A stretch of DNA of 40,821 bases from Candidatus Margulisiibacteriota bacterium (lineage in GTDB: Bacteria > Margulisbacteria > WOR-1 > O2-12-FULL-45-9): assembly GCA_034723395.1 (NCBI GenBank), contig JAYEOW010000026.1:1-40821 (forward strand), read 5' to 3'. The notes under the pieces were generated by a model. The model worked only from the letters and a program-made list of their open reading frames with translations, was not told where the DNA came from and did no database searches. Of the stretch, positions 40,013 through 40,821 are shown one piece after another; position 1 is the stretch's first letter, and each line of letters begins with the position of its first letter. A program made the position numbers and the translations under genes.

Positions 40013-40821
40013 AAGAGAAGATATTTTTAATAGCGATCCTTTGCTGCGCAGTAATAGCAGTCGTGCCGTTGTTTTCGGTCATCGGCTATGTTTTTGTTAA
40101 AGGGATCGGAGCGATCGATCTTAATTTCTTTACCCAATTGCCGGCGCCGGTGGGGGATCCAGGAGGGGGAATGGGAAATGCAATTGTGGGGACAATTATT
40201 ATTGTTGCGTTGTCGTGTTTGGTGGGGTTGCCGGTCGGGATATTAGGAGGGATCTGGCTGGCGCAATTTGGCAGCGGTAAACGAGGCTTCTTTGTCCGCT
40301 ATGCCGCAGATGTCTTATCAGGTATTCCCAGTATTGTGATCGGGATCTTTGCCTATGTCCTGATCGTCCTGACTATGAAACGGTTCTCGGCCATTGCGGG
40401 CGGATTTGCCCTTGGGATGATCATGGTCCCGACCGTTACCAGAACGACCGAAGAGATGATCAGGATGGTCCCGCGCAGCTTATATGAAGCGGGGCTTGCT
40501 TTAGGGATCCCCGAATGGAAAGTTATGATCAGGGTAGTGTTTAAGACTGCCTGGAGCGGTATTTTTACCGGAATAATGCTGGCGGTTGCCAGGATCATGG
40601 GGGAGACCGCCCCTTTATTATTTACTGCCTTTAATAATATGTATTGGAATTTTAGGATTGACCAACCAATGTCATCGATGACCGTACAAATTTACAATTA
40701 CGCTATATCGCCATTTACCGAGTGGCACGCGCAGGCCTGGGCGGGATCGTTGACCCTGGTGTTTGCCGTGTTGGTTATCACGCTTTTGGTAAGAAAATTT
40801 TCAAAGAGGGTGATTTATGAA
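39982..40821 (+). CDS. pstA: Phosphate ABC transporter permease, 3'-partial (absent from the ORF track)
   Basis: ATG 39982 gives MENIDQIRKIKEKIF...GGGMGNAIVGT...LSGIPSIVIG...ARIMGETAPLLFTA; the frame stays open to the window end. Confidence 0.95.
   Translation, partial: MENIDQIRKIKEKIFLIAILCCAVIAVVPLFSVIGYVFVKGIGAIDLNFFTQLPAPVGDPGGGMGNAIVGTIIIVALSCLVGLPVGILGGIWLAQFGSGKRGFFVRYAADVLSGIPSIVIGIFAYVLIVLTMKRFSAIAGGFALGMIMVPTVTRTTEEMIRMVPRSLYEAGLALGIPEWKVMIRVVFKTAWSGIFTGIMLAVARIMGETAPLLFTAFNNMYWNFRIDQPMSSMTVQIYNYAISPFTEWHAQAWAGSLTLVFAVLVITLLVRKFSKRVIYE

Overview
A 40.8 kb, gene-dense, mostly + strand bacterial chromosomal segment from a diderm with sigma54. Strong GATC enrichment and gene content are compatible with a Margulisbacteria/Saganbacteria-like lineage (inference only). 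Left half (1-17.2 kb): an ammonium-assimilation cluster with a PPDK/PEP-synthase ATP-grasp-domain protein, a NifA-like GAF-AAA+-HTH activator (no nif genes here), an unannotated 53-aa acidic ORF, an outer-membrane barrel, amtB, a PII protein with His at position 51, glnA, gltBD, carA and a half-length carB. Its regulatory grammar can be read from the DNA: two near-identical -24/-12 sigma54 promoters, and tandem TACAATnnTGTA palindromes upstream of glnA and over the activator's own promoter. Middle: deletion-eroded remnants (two DUF167 copies, one broken; a methyltransferase; DUF3175), lipoproteins, purSQL, a separated nfnA/nfnB (sudB/sudA) pair with an isocitrate/isopropylmalate dehydrogenase, orphan genes and a duplicated promoter. 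Right: hydrolase, MATE, nucleoside-phosphorylase-like and SplB-like genes, phoBR, a Pho-box array, a porin-like gene and pstSCA (runs off the end). Several short C-run/G-run palindromic elements occur, some translated in frame. No rRNA, tRNA, CRISPR or transposase was recognised. The best candidate for an undescribed system is a non-NtrBC nitrogen-sensing circuit made of the PPDK-like protein, NifA-like activator, atypical PII and small acidic protein.
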